Origin: Mobula hypostoma
Taxonomy: Eukaryota
DNA: 64,000 bases
Direction: 5' to 3'
Assembly: GCF_963921235.1 (NCBI RefSeq)
Contig: NC_086097.1
Span: 89,344,001 to 89,408,000, forward strand
A program made the translations under genes and the position numbers. Of the stretch, positions 25,580 to 36,965 are shown in pieces. The notes below the pieces were generated by a model that saw only the letters and a list, made by a program, of their open reading frames with translations, had not been told where the DNA came from and made no database searches. Positions within the stretch are counted from its first letter, which is position 1, and every line of letters begins with the position of its first letter.

Positions 25580-26685
25580 CACCCAGGGCATGCCCTCTTC
25601 TCACTGTTACCGTCAGCACCCAGGGCATGCACCCTTCTCACTGTTACCGTCAGCGCCCAGGGCATGCACCCTTCTCACTGTTACTGTCAGCGCCCAGGGC
25701 ATGCCCTCTTCTCACTGTTACCGTCAGCGCCCAGGGCATGCACCCTTCTCACTGTTACCGTCAGCGCCCAGGGCATGCACCCTTCTCACTGTTACCGTCA
25801 GCGCCCAGGGCATGCACCCTTCTCACTGTTACCGTCAGCGCCCAGGGCATGCACCCTTCTCACTGTTACCGTCAGCGCCCAGGGCATGCACCCTTCTCAC
25901 TGTTACCGTCAGCGCCCAGGGCATGCCCCCTTCTCACTGTTACCGTCAGCGCCCAGGGCATGCCCCCTTCTCACTGTTACCGTCAGCGCCCAGGGCATGC
26001 CCCCTTCTCACTGTTACCCTCAGCGCCCAGGGCATGCCCCCTTCTCACTGTTACCCTCAGCGCCCAGGGCATGCCCTCTTCTCACTGTTACCGTCAGCAC
26101 CCGGGGCATGCACCCTTCTCACTGTTACCGTCAGCGCCCAGGGCATGCCCTCTTCTCACTGTTACCCTCAGCGCCCAGGGCATGCCCTCTTCTCACTGTT
26201 ACCGTCAGCACCCAGGGCATGCACCCTTCTCACTGTTACCGTCAGCGCCTGGGGCATGCCCTCTTCTCACTGTTACCGTCAGCACCCGGGGCATGCACCC
26301 TTCTCACTGTTACCGTCAGCGCCCAGGGCATGCCCTCTTCTCACTGTTACCGTCAGCGCCCAGGGCATGCCCTCTTCTCACTGTTACCGTCAGCACCCGG
26401 GGCATGCACCCTTCTCACTGTTACCGTCAGCGCCCAGGGCATGCCCTCTTCTCACTGTTACCGTCAGCACCCGGGGCATGCACCCTTCTCACTGTTACCG
26501 TCAGCGCCCGGGGCATGCCCTCTTCTCACTGTTACCGTCAGCGCCCAGGGCATGCACCCTTCTCACTGTTACCGTCAGCGCCCGGGGCATGCACCCTTCT
26601 CACTGTTACCGTCAGCACCCAGGGCATGCCCTCTTCTCACTGTTACCGTCAGCACCCGGGGCATGCCCTTTCTCACTGTTACCGT
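25580..26685 (+). repeat. 37-bp minisatellite, 29 full units plus 1 partial unit
   Basis: Unit c(a/g)ccc(a/g)gggcatgc(accc/cctc/cccc)ttctcactgttaccgtcag; unit starts at 25580, 25617 ... 26653 (1073/37 = 29). Confidence 0.97.
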
Positions 26686-27345
26686 TATTGGCGAGACCCG
26701 ACGCAGACTGGGAGACCGCTTTGCTGAACACCTACGCTCTGTCCGTCAGAGAAAGCAGGATCTCCCAGTGCCCACACATTTTAATTCCACATCCCATTCC
26801 CATTCTGACATGTCTATCCATGGCCTCCTCTACTGTAAAGATAAAGCCACACTCAGGTTGGAGGAACAACACCTTATATTCCGTCTGGGTAGCCTCCAAC
26901 CTGATGGCATGAACATCGACTTCTCAAACTTCCGCTAATGCCCCACCTCCCCCTTGTACCCCATCCGTTATTTATATACACACATTCTTTTTCTCTCTCT
27001 CCTTTTTCTCCCTCTGTCCCTCTGACTATACCCCTTGCCCATCCTCTGGGTTCCCCCCCCCCTTGTCTTTCTTCCCGGACCTCCTGTCCCATGATCCTCT
27101 CGTATCCCCTTTTGCTAATCACCTGTCCAGCTCTTGGCTCCATCCCTCCCCCTCCTGTCTTCTCCTATCATTTTGCATCTCCCCCTCCCCCTCCAACTTT
27201 CAAATCTCTTACTAACTCTTCCTTCAGTTAGTCCTGACGAAGGGTCTCGGCCTGAAACGTCGACTGTACCTCTTCCTAGAGATGCTGCCTGCAGCACCTT
27301 TGATGTGTGTTGCTTGAATTTCCAGCATCTGCAGAATTCCTGTTG
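26686..27345 (+). mobile_element. 5'-truncated, CpG-retaining PLE copy: GIY-YIG C-terminus, 3' UTR and hammerhead-bearing terminus
   Basis: IGETRRRLGDRFAEH...PTHFN...RLEEQHLIFRLGSLQPDGMN, stop at 26936-26938; terminus shared with the copies at 54305 and 58215. Confidence 0.9.
27229..27266 (+). ncRNA. Minimal type I hammerhead ribozyme motif, intact core
   Basis: tagtc (stem I), CTGACGA at 27234-27240, agg-gtctcgg-cct (stem II), GAAA at 27254-27257, C-GTC^ (loopless stem III, palindromic ACGT), gactg (stem I'). Confidence 0.75.
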
Positions 27346-28444
27346 TAAACCTCTAACTATATGGTATATGGTTAGAAGTTTATCTCTATTTCAGCTATCA
27401 TGTAGCTGGTAAAATTGATAGTTTCAATATTCCAAGGGTTTGTTGTGCAGAGGTAGAGGTCTGGAATCTTGCCCTGTACCCACCACGGAAAAGTTACCAA
27501 AGGCAGACTTAGAACTTGAATTGTTTCTGAAAGAGAGTTGCAAACTGTGCTCGGGAGGGGGGGTGTGGGGGTGAAGGATTGGTGGTTATACTCTTGCAGT
27601 GGGGTTGGGTGAACTAAGTGAAATCTAAGCAGGTAATCTGTCAAGACATTTGGGCAAGGGTCATGAATGAATGAAGTGTGTGGTTGAAGAATCATTATTT
27701 GAATGTGATTAACATTGTTTTTATTGCTTCTACCTCCTGTTCATCCCACTATTATATCACACACTATCTAATTGAAACACTGTACAAGAAATTTTCATGG
27801 AACGTGAAGTACTTAGTCTATAAGATTTCCAATTTCTTAATTAATCATTTATCCAATAAATCCAGGTTCTGATGTGCAGTTTTATGCAGAAACTTTGAAG
27901 ACACACTTGTGTCTTTTGAGCATCAACTGGTCTTGAGTCTCACAGTCGTACTTCACTGGAGAAATAATTGTTCTGCCTTTCAAGTGAGATTACAGCATTG
28001 TTCCACACACCTGGCATATCATGCTGTTACTGAAAGACAAAGGTGGATAAGAGTCTTGAGACAAGAATAAGTCTGCAGCAATGCCATGGGGGCCCATGTT
28101 GTAGCTGTGAAACAATCTGTCAGATAAGCATTTATCACAGTTTCTTCGAATGGTGCATTAGTAATTCGCTTGATGTCAAAAACTGACAGTGTACCAGTTA
28201 GCTGGGTTCTCGGAGAGAGTACCCAAGTATTGCCCTCAAAAGGGCAACGTACATCTGTGGAGGACACCATTGCAATTGTCCAAAGTCTGTTCGACCCATA
28301 AGAAATGTTGCATCAGTCAGTACACTAAGCAAGCCAAGCATGAAAACTACATTTGTACCACAGGCTGGAGTTCTTGGCATCAGTCTAGGCTCAGTGCTAA
28401 TATTTTCAACACAGAGTGTTTTGGGTCCAAGTTGTGCTTAAGAA

Positions 28445-28700
28445 GTGTGTGTACAGTATCTAGCTGTGCTGTTGAGTGGTTTCATCTTTCATATGAAGTG
28501 TTAAACCAGGGCCTGGGTGGATACACACTCGAGCGGACTGAAAAGGTCCCATGATGCTGTTTGAGGATGAGAAAGTTGCTTCCCTCTGGTGCCTTTACCA
28601 GTATCTAAACCACCATCAACATCACTGAAGCTGAAAACTGGATTTTGTGTGCAAATGGGCTGGTGCATTTCCTACAATACAGCAATTGTTGTTGTTCCAC
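28445..28700 (+). mobile_element. Degraded Deu-domain SINE
   Basis: ctttcatatgaagtgttaaaccagggcc..aaaaggtcccatgatgctgtttgag..tgtgtgcaaatgggctggtgcatttcctaca. Confidence 0.5.
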
Positions 28701-29413
28701 TCCATGCCTTGTGGCACATTGGGCTTCAACCTTGCCATTTCTTCAGTGTTTATCTGTTTTTTTAAGAGGCCAAGTTGGTAGCTTGACGCTCAACCCAGCA
28801 CGATGGAAAGCATGCAAGGAGCCGGCCAGATTCAGGCATGGGGTCACTTGCCTCAAATTCAGGCAGGTGCCACCACACCACTGGCCGGTGACGAAACAGC
28901 AATGAGCCCCCTAATTTACTGGGGAAGTTTTTGGAGTGAATTTGTGTAAAGCAAGACCTTTTTACTCCTAAATATTCCTCCCTTCCCTCCTTTTCCTTCA
29001 TTCACTTCATATGTTCATTACTACCTGCATCTTGGTCTTTCCATATTCCTTCCCCCTTCCCACACCTTTTCTCCTCTCCCTCTTCTGCCTCCTTCACTCC
29101 CACCCCCTTTATTCCAGTGAGCAGAAGTCATGAATTAAGCAGTTTGCTGGTGTCCTTTCATGTCTACCCAGCTGGTTTCCAAGACCTCAGTGAAATTTTT
29201 CTTACAAAAGATAAAAATCCAGTCTGATTCTATGCCATTAAGGTATTGTGCACTTGCTGGGGTATTGAAACAGAACCTGATGTGGTTCTACTTGCATTCC
29301 AGTGAAGGGATGTCTGGTAGAGCTCAAGGGGTGAGGATGCTTGGCAAATTTTCCAGGGCACTTCAAACTCTATTGGATGGATCTGGCTTATCCATACTGT
29401 AATGGAATCATAT

Positions 29414-29710
29414 TGGGTGGTGCGTGGCCAAGTGGTTAAGGCGTCGGTCTAGTGATCTGAAGGTCGCTAGTTCGAGCCTCAGCTCAGGCAGCGTGTTGTG
29501 TCCTTGAGCAAGGCACTTAACCACACATTGCTCTGCGTCGACACTGGTGCCAAGCTGTATCGGCCCTAGTGCCCTTCCCTTGGACGACATCGGTGGCGTG
29601 GAGAGGGGAGACTTGCATCATGGTCTTCCATACAACCTTGCCCAGGCCTGCGCCCTGGAAACCTCCAAGGTGCAAATCCATGGTCTCACGAGACTTATGG
29701 ATGCCTATAT
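29414..29710 (+). mobile_element. tRNA-derived CORE-type SINE
   Basis: A box tggccaagtgg, B box gttcgagcc, CORE-like gtgtccttgagcaaggcacttaac; no tRNA 3' acceptor arm. Confidence 0.75.
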
Positions 29711-29717
29711 AAATTGG

Positions 29718-29985
29718 ATGGCACAGTAGCATAGTGGTTAGCACGATGCTTTACAGTCCAGGAGAACTGAGTTCAATTCTTGCTGCTGCCCATAAGGAGT
29801 TTGTATGTTCTCCCTGTGACTGCATGGGCTTCCTGCGGGTGCTCGGGTTTCCTTCAAAGACTTACCGGTTGGTCATTATAAATTGTCCCGTGATTAAGCT
29901 AGGATTAAATCGATGGATTGCTGGGTGGTGCGTCTTAAAGGAAGGGCCCATTCTGCGCTGTATATCAATAAGTAAACAATAAATG
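29718..29985 (+). mobile_element. HE1/V-SINE-like element directly after the CORE SINE
   Basis: ggcacagtagcatagtggttagc, gagttcaattc, gagtttgtatgttctccctgtgac. Confidence 0.78.
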
Positions 29986-31482
29986 TTTAACACACCTGTT
30001 TATTCATTGGAAGAAGGGAAGGCATAAATTAGGGAAAAGGTGAAGGCGCAATGGAACTAATTTTTGGGCGGTGATAGCCGGTCTTGCTACCTTCTCTGCT
30101 TGGTGAAATATGATCATTGGGAGACACTTCTGAGCATGCTCAGAGCCCACCAGGGGTGTGCCCAAGATTGGTCACTGTGTACTTGACAGATGTTCCTGCA
30201 TGAGGAAGACAGGTTGTGTTTCACAGAAGCTAAATTCTGGAATGTGGGCCAGTTGTCGAGAAAATAGTTCTTCATGGCTCATTTTTTTGATATTGAGCGA
30301 TAGGTGGTGTTAAAGCTAGTTCTGGACATGTGCTAACAGGAGCTGTGTGCCAATGACTCACGTTCCTTCTGATAGCATGAGAATAGAATATTTATCTTGC
30401 TGTTCAATGAAAACACATGCTAAATTGAAGTTATATTTGAGAAATTTTAATAACTGGCTGTAACAAAATAACAGAATGGTTTTAACATTCTGTTATTCTC
30501 CCACTCCATGGAACATGTGCACTGACCTTGAGTATCACAGTCTGTCTGAAGTTCTCAGCTATATATTGTGCCTGGGTCATGTGCCTCACTGACTTCTATT
30601 GGGTGTGACACAGTGGTTGCATTTCTGATCAGGTAGAGAAGGTTCAGGTTCCACCGTTGACAATTTGAAACATAAAATTTAAACAAAGCTCTGTTTTAGC
30701 CATTATGTAAAACTGATTGCAACTCAGTTGATTTGGCATAACAATGCCACTGCACTTCACAATTTTGGGTAAGGAAAGTACTTACTTTAACCCCCTTTGG
30801 CTTGAATGTAATTAGCATCAAATGTTGATTGGCAGGTATTGGTGCCTCTGTGTTCTTGTCTCCTCTCCCCCCCCTCCCGTGGAGACTCAGTGTAAGTGAC
30901 AAATGGAGCTGAGTATCTCCCAAGTTGCCCCCCCCCCCACCTGCACAAACACCATCTGTTTTGGGTTACCATGCAATTTTAAGTACAATTTAATGCTATG
31001 TCATTTTAGTTTTCAGCAGCTTGTAATATGTTTGCATAACCTTCCCATCCTTTACAAAGCTTCAGCCCGAACTTGTGGAGATCTGAGCAGAGAGAGTGTT
31101 CTTTATCCATCTGAGAGGAGACTGATTGGATCACTGAAATGATCAGAAGCTCCAGGTCCCACATTGGCCATCAGCCACCCTGACCACCACAGAACCTGCG
31201 AGGCTGCGAGACAGCCTGGATTCTGGAGGACAGCCTCAGGAGACAATCTGGTCAGCGTGATGGACACTCGTGCTGGTGTCCTTTAGGGGCCGTTGTTCAT
31301 CTTGTTTCTACCCCAGTGCATTGGCGGAAGATACTGTGGAATTGTGATGGAAACAACTACATGCCTTGCTCCTTGCTGATTTGAGTCTGGTATATATAAA
31401 GGCATTGATATATACACTGACTACCAGCTTCCTGGTGGGAACTGGTATGTGTACTGGTACTGATGCATGCACTGACCATCGG

Positions 31483-32262
31483 AACCAGAATCAGGTTTAA
31501 TATCACCGGCATATGTCGTGAAATTTGTTGACTTTGCAGCAACAGTACAATGCAATACACAGTAGAGAAAAAAAACTGAGTGTGTGTGTATGTGTAGATA
31601 TAGATAGATACTTTATCGATCCCAAAGGAAATTGCAGTGTCACAGTAGCATTACAAGTGCACAGATATACAAATATTAGAAGTAAGAAAGAATAAAAAAT
31701 GTTACCTCAAGCAGTCTAACAGGAGGGGGGTCATCACTTCCCTGGCTATAGGTTGACTCATTATAGAGCCTAATGGCTGAGGGTGAAAATGGCCTCATAT
31801 AGCGCTCTTTGGAGCAGCACAGTTGTCTTAGTTTGTTACTAAAAGTGCTCTTCTGTTCAGCCAAGGTGGTATGCAGAGGGTGAGAAACGTTGTCCAGAAT
31901 TGCCAGGATTTTCCAGAGGGTTCTTTGTTCTACCACAGACTCCAGTGTGTCCAGTTTGACTCCTATAACAGAGCCAGCCTTTCTGATCAGTTTATTGAGC
32001 CTGTGGGCATCACCCGTGTTGATGTCATTGCCCCAGTACACCACCACATAGAAGATATGTATATATTAAATAAGTAGTACAAAAATAGAAATAAAAAAAG
32101 GTAGTGAGGTAGTGGTCATGGGTTCAATGTCCATTCAGAAACTGGATGGCAGATTGGAAGAAGCTGTTCCTGAATCATTGAGTGTGTGCCTTCAGGCTTG
32201 TGTACCACCTTCCTGATGGTAGCAGTGAGAACAAGGCATGACCTGGGTGATGGGGGTCCTCA
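31483..32262 (-). mobile_element. Nested Rex1/Babar-type 3' fragments (31596-32048 lies inside 31483-32262)
   Basis: Minus ORF 31676-32047 RLNKLIRKAGSVIG..ILDNVSHPLH; the outer element carries catcacccaggtcatgccttgttctcactgctaccatcagg (HPGHALFSLLPSG) at 32211-32251. Confidence 0.78.
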
Positions 32263-34239
32263 GTGATAACATTATATTATGCATTCTGTTACCTTGTATA
32301 CTAATGCATGGTATGATCTGTCCGGATGGCACGCAAACAATTTCCCCCCCATTGTCTTCAGGTACACGTGACAAAAATACATCAGTACTACCTGTTAGAT
32401 TTGTACTGACACTGTGTAACTGACTACCAGCTGGTACGTGTGCTGGTGCTGGGGGCTCTTAGCTGGTATATGTTGAGCCTGTCCCACCAGGAGCTGGAGT
32501 ATAGCACCATAGCCACTGAATTACATTTTCTGAGCAGCAGAGGGACAGCTGTCTGGATAGGGTGCAGCTACCAAAATGAGCCACTGTCTGTTTGATGCAG
32601 TACAAAGAGACGCTTGTTTATTTGCACAGACAATTGAAGTTGTGTGCTGCAACCCCAAGTTGAATTTGAATGACCTTTTTGGAGTTTGTTTATTTCTCTG
32701 CCTATATCCCATTTTCTTTGTGTGGTACGGGGATTGTTGGAGCTGGTGCGTGGTGGGCGGGGATCTTCTCTTGCTGAGAAGATGTGAGGCGTTGGAAATC
32801 TTGAGCAACGCACACAAAATGCAGGAGGAACTCATCAGGTCAGGCAGCGTCTATGGACGGGATGTTTTGGGCTGAGACCCATAGGTGCTGCGTGACCTGC
32901 TGAATTCTTCTGGTGTGTGCTCTGCCACTGAGTGGCAGCCGTGCCCTTTGACAGACACATTTAGACTGTCGTCTTCTGCCCTCTTCCTGGTGCAAGAGGA
33001 GGCGGAATGATAACTGCTGTCCCTAAGACACAAGCGTGCATGTTGATTAACTGTGACTCTCTCCTCTACACTCCTGCCGGATAAATCAATGCAGTGGCAG
33101 GTAGACATTCAGATATTCAGGTAGCCCATCACACCTCTTGTACTGTGCATTAAATTACATAGTAACCCTGCCAGTGTAAGGTTACTATGTAATTGAGGGT
33201 AGAGTTCAAGATTGTATCCTTTGTTATATCGTATTATGTATGCGTAAACTATCAGCCCTTCCTTTGTAAAGTCCTCTGTTTCAAAACTGATACATCATAC
33301 TGGGATATTCACATCATTTTTTGATGTGATATAGGTATGAAAATATAAAAGGCGGTGCAACAAAATTTATAAGAAGGAATTCGGGAAAGCCTGAGCAAAA
33401 TAGTGGTACTTTCACTGATAAGGGCTTCATTGAAATTATGGCACTGTTTGGCAAGTTAGAGATAGGCATTATGTTTGCATTTGGAAGAGTGCAGGTTGTC
33501 CAAAACTATCTCCAGTAAGTTTTACAAAGATTGCTTTTTGCTTTTTCTCCTGCTATGGAGATGGTAGAACTTGGTAGGGCTTACAGTGTGGAAAACTATA
33601 GATGCATTTAAGGGCAAGAGGAAGAAAGAAGTATGAGAACAAGGCAGGATGAAGAGAGGGAGGAAGAAGAGGGTGGAGAAACAAGGGACTGCAGACATTG
33701 TAAATTTAGCAAATAGCACAGCACTAAGAACTCAATGAGCCAAAGCCGCAGATGCTGTTTGACTTGTTAAGTTCTTCCAACTGTATGGCAAAGCTGGCTT
33801 GGAGGATGAGCAGCATTTCACTGCTGAGAGACCTGTTTCAGTATTGCAATGAATGTAATCCAGGCACCTATATTTTAAACATCCCGTTGTTTAAAGTTGA
33901 CCCTTACTGGGCATAAATGTTCCTGATTAATTCAACGGGGTCTTAACTAGATGTGCAAGAAGCCAAAGTAAAACATTCCTTCTATAACAATCGCCGTCCT
34001 TTAATTGCCCGGCCAATGTTGACCACAAGAATATAGTGACCATTTGTGGTTGGCCACCTGAAATTGTGGTGCACCACTAAGTGGTGGGTTTCCTCTCCAG
34101 GCGTTTAGTGGTTCTGAATGAGAAGTTTGAATCAGGAAGTATGCGGACATAACCTAGACGAATGTTCCATTGCAGCAGTGAGGATGCTGTACTCTTAATG
34201 GAACTTTAAACCAAGGCCTTGTATACCCTGTCTACTGCT

Positions 34240-34505
34240 TGGGTCCTGATGAAGTATCTCAGCTCCAAACATTGACTGCAACACTCACAACACGCTGGAG
34301 GAACTCAGCAGGTCAGGTAGCATCCATGGAAACGCAACCTGCCCGACCTGCTGAGTTCCTCCAGCGTGTTGTGAGTGTTGCTTTGAGCCCAGCATCTGCA
34401 GAGTATTTTGTGTAAACATTGACTGTATATTTCTCTCCGTAGATGCTGCTTGACCTGAGTTCTCCCAGTATTGTGTGTGTATCTCAAGATTTCCAGCATC
34501 TACAT
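34240..34505. mobile_element. Rearranged PLE terminal repeats with a perfect 37-bp inverted repeat
   Basis: Decayed hammerhead at 34242-34278; arms 34278-34314 and 34345-34381 are exact reverse complements. Confidence 0.8.
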
Positions 34506-36214
34506 TATCTCTGATATCTACTGGTTGAAGTTGTCCCACAATTCTGCATCTATTGCTCTTTTTTTGGTGTGTGTGTGTGTGTGTGTGTATTGGAATGTTA
34601 ATTAACCAGTCATTGTCAGATTGCTGTTTATGCCATGTGTTAATTGCTACCCATTTCTCCCCATCAGGAGCTAGAGAGATGGTACATAGTGATTAAGCTA
34701 TTAGAGTCGCATCCAGAGGCGTGGAAAATGACTTCAAAAATACAAGTTCAAATTCCACCATGGTAGCTGGAAAGCTTACATTTATATATTTAGGTAAATT
34801 TGGAGGTTTCAAAGAAAAATGGTAGTGTCGGTAATGCTGCATAGTTTTAGGAACCCATCCGTTTCAAATTGACCAGACCCTGTAAAGTAATTACCATCCT
34901 TACCTAATCTGGGTGGTAGGTGACTGCAGATACAGCAGGGTGATTGACCAACTTCAGAAGTGGTCCTGCACGGGCAATAAAAATCCTGGTGTTGCTCGCA
35001 TGATCCTTAAATGAGTGGGGTTGCAGTGAAAGGAGCATGGGGAAAAAAGGATGTGTTTGCAAAGTGCTGTGACCCAGTGTGGGAGTGTGGCACACTTACT
35101 CCAAAGTGGCAGCTTTTGTCACTTCCTGGTGAGCATGCCGGGGTATCTCCAGAGGTTGTGCTGTAGCTCTACCAGCAACTAGTTGTTGAGACTGGAAGAA
35201 TTGGAACAGGTGTCAACTTGTTGTGCACAGAACCTATGGTTGTCTTTAGCTTCAGCTGCTCTGTGTTTTTCTGTCCAACTCTTGTTGCAGGGGTACAGCC
35301 TTCAATGTAGCAGTGGGGAGCCAGTCTTTGTAGATAGGTGGGACTAACCTAGAAGTTCCTGTCTTCTCTCCCTGCCAAGTTGTCTGGTAACTTGGAAGGT
35401 ATTCGTCTTGGATAAGCATGGGTTGGAAGTGGAACAGCAACTGAGATTCCCGCCTTTCTTGCAAGCTGTAGGGTTTTGCCTTGGTTGGAGTTGATTAGCT
35501 CCATTTTTTTTAGACGGACCGCAGGATTTTTTTCCCCCAGTGTGGAAATTGGCCTCTCCCTCCACCCTGCCTCCCCCCCACCGCTATGGATTCCGTCTAC
35601 ACTTCTCACTGCCTCAAGAAAGCAGCCAGCATTATCAAAGACCTCTCCCACTCTGATCATTTCCTTCTCCTTCCCCCCCCCCCCACCCCCACATTGGCAA
35701 AAGATGCACAAACCAGAAAACATGTAAATCCAGGCTTAAGAATAGCTTATATCCTGCTGTTCTGAGACTATTGAATGATCCTGTAGTATGATAAGATAGA
35801 CGCTTCACCCCACAACCTACCTCCTCATGGCCTATACTGCACTTAGTAATGATAACACTTAAATCTGTATTCAGTTGTTATCTTTCCCTTTGTGCTAGCT
35901 CAATGTACTTGGGTTTTGGAATGATCTGTATGGATGGCAAGCAACATTTTTTTTTCACTGTACCTCAGTACATGTGACAACAATAAACCAATTAACATTT
36001 GCTATGAAGGTCTCCCATGCTGTCACTATGTGAGGCTAGGCCACTGTTAACAAATTTCTACTTTGCCTTTACCCGTTCACCCAGTGCTTCAGTCCTTGTG
36101 CCAGACTTTTCATTTTGCTTTTGTCTACGTCCCTGGTCTCCTTCCCCGCAGTCTTCTCTTGTCATTTGTTACTATGAACACCTCAGATTCTGACTGAGGA
36201 AAACTGGGGAAAAA

Positions 36215-36965
36215 AACTTACAAGAGATAGGATTTATCTTCACTTGGAAAGGCAAGGATTGATTTGGCAGAGCCTGCATGGTTTTGATGGTAGGAGATCC
36301 TGTTGCACCAGTTTGATTATTTGAGGTGATGGCTCTGCTAATTCATGAGGGGGTGTGGTAGGTGTTATTGCCAGGCCTTTGGTAAGGTGCTGCATGAAAG
36401 CCTGGTCCAAAAGGTTAGAGCCTGTGGAATCCAAGGCAAGCTGGCAAATTGGTACCAAAATCGGCGGGAGGTGTGCTGGCGGATGAACAAATTTTCTGAT
36501 TGGAAACCAATTTCCAATGGTGTACAACAGGATTCTTGCTGGGACCTTGATGCTTGTGATGTACTTGGGTGTGAACGTAGGAGGTATGATAAATAAGTTG
36601 GCGGATAGAATGAAAATTGTTGGTGTCAGAGGTAGCAGGAAGTTTGCCTCAGACTACAGCAAGCTACAGATTTGCTTGAAAACTGGGTGGAGCAATGGGA
36701 AATGGAATGCAATCCTGACAATGCTGAGGTAATGTGGTTTGGCAGAGCAAACGTAAGTAGGATAAATACAGTGCTGAAGGGAGTGTTGATGAACAGGGGG
36801 ACTGTGGGGATGCAAGTGCATAGGTCCATAAAAGTGGGAGCACAGATGGATCAGCTGTGGCATAGAAGGTAAGAGTGGAGATGCCTTGTTTCAACTGTAA
36901 AATACTGAGAGGGACATTCCTGGAGTATTATGCACTGTTCAAGTTGCCTCAGTACAGGAAGGATG
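36215..36965 (+). mobile_element. Degraded CR1 RT fragment, continuing at about 39509-39710 after the LTR element
   Basis: AFGKVLHESLVQKVRACGIQGKLANW and WVEQWEMECNPDNAEVM; ends tacaggaaggatg and resumes gagaatgcagaggatattcaccaag. Confidence 0.7.

Noticed and set aside
25580..26685. CRISPR array (37-bp repeats)
   Set aside because: Units are head to tail with no unique spacers, there are no cas genes, the context is vertebrate, and the unit is LINE-derived.
29414..29490. tRNA gene
   Set aside because: A and B boxes are present, but the sequence continues into a SINE core and tail with no acceptor stem or terminator.
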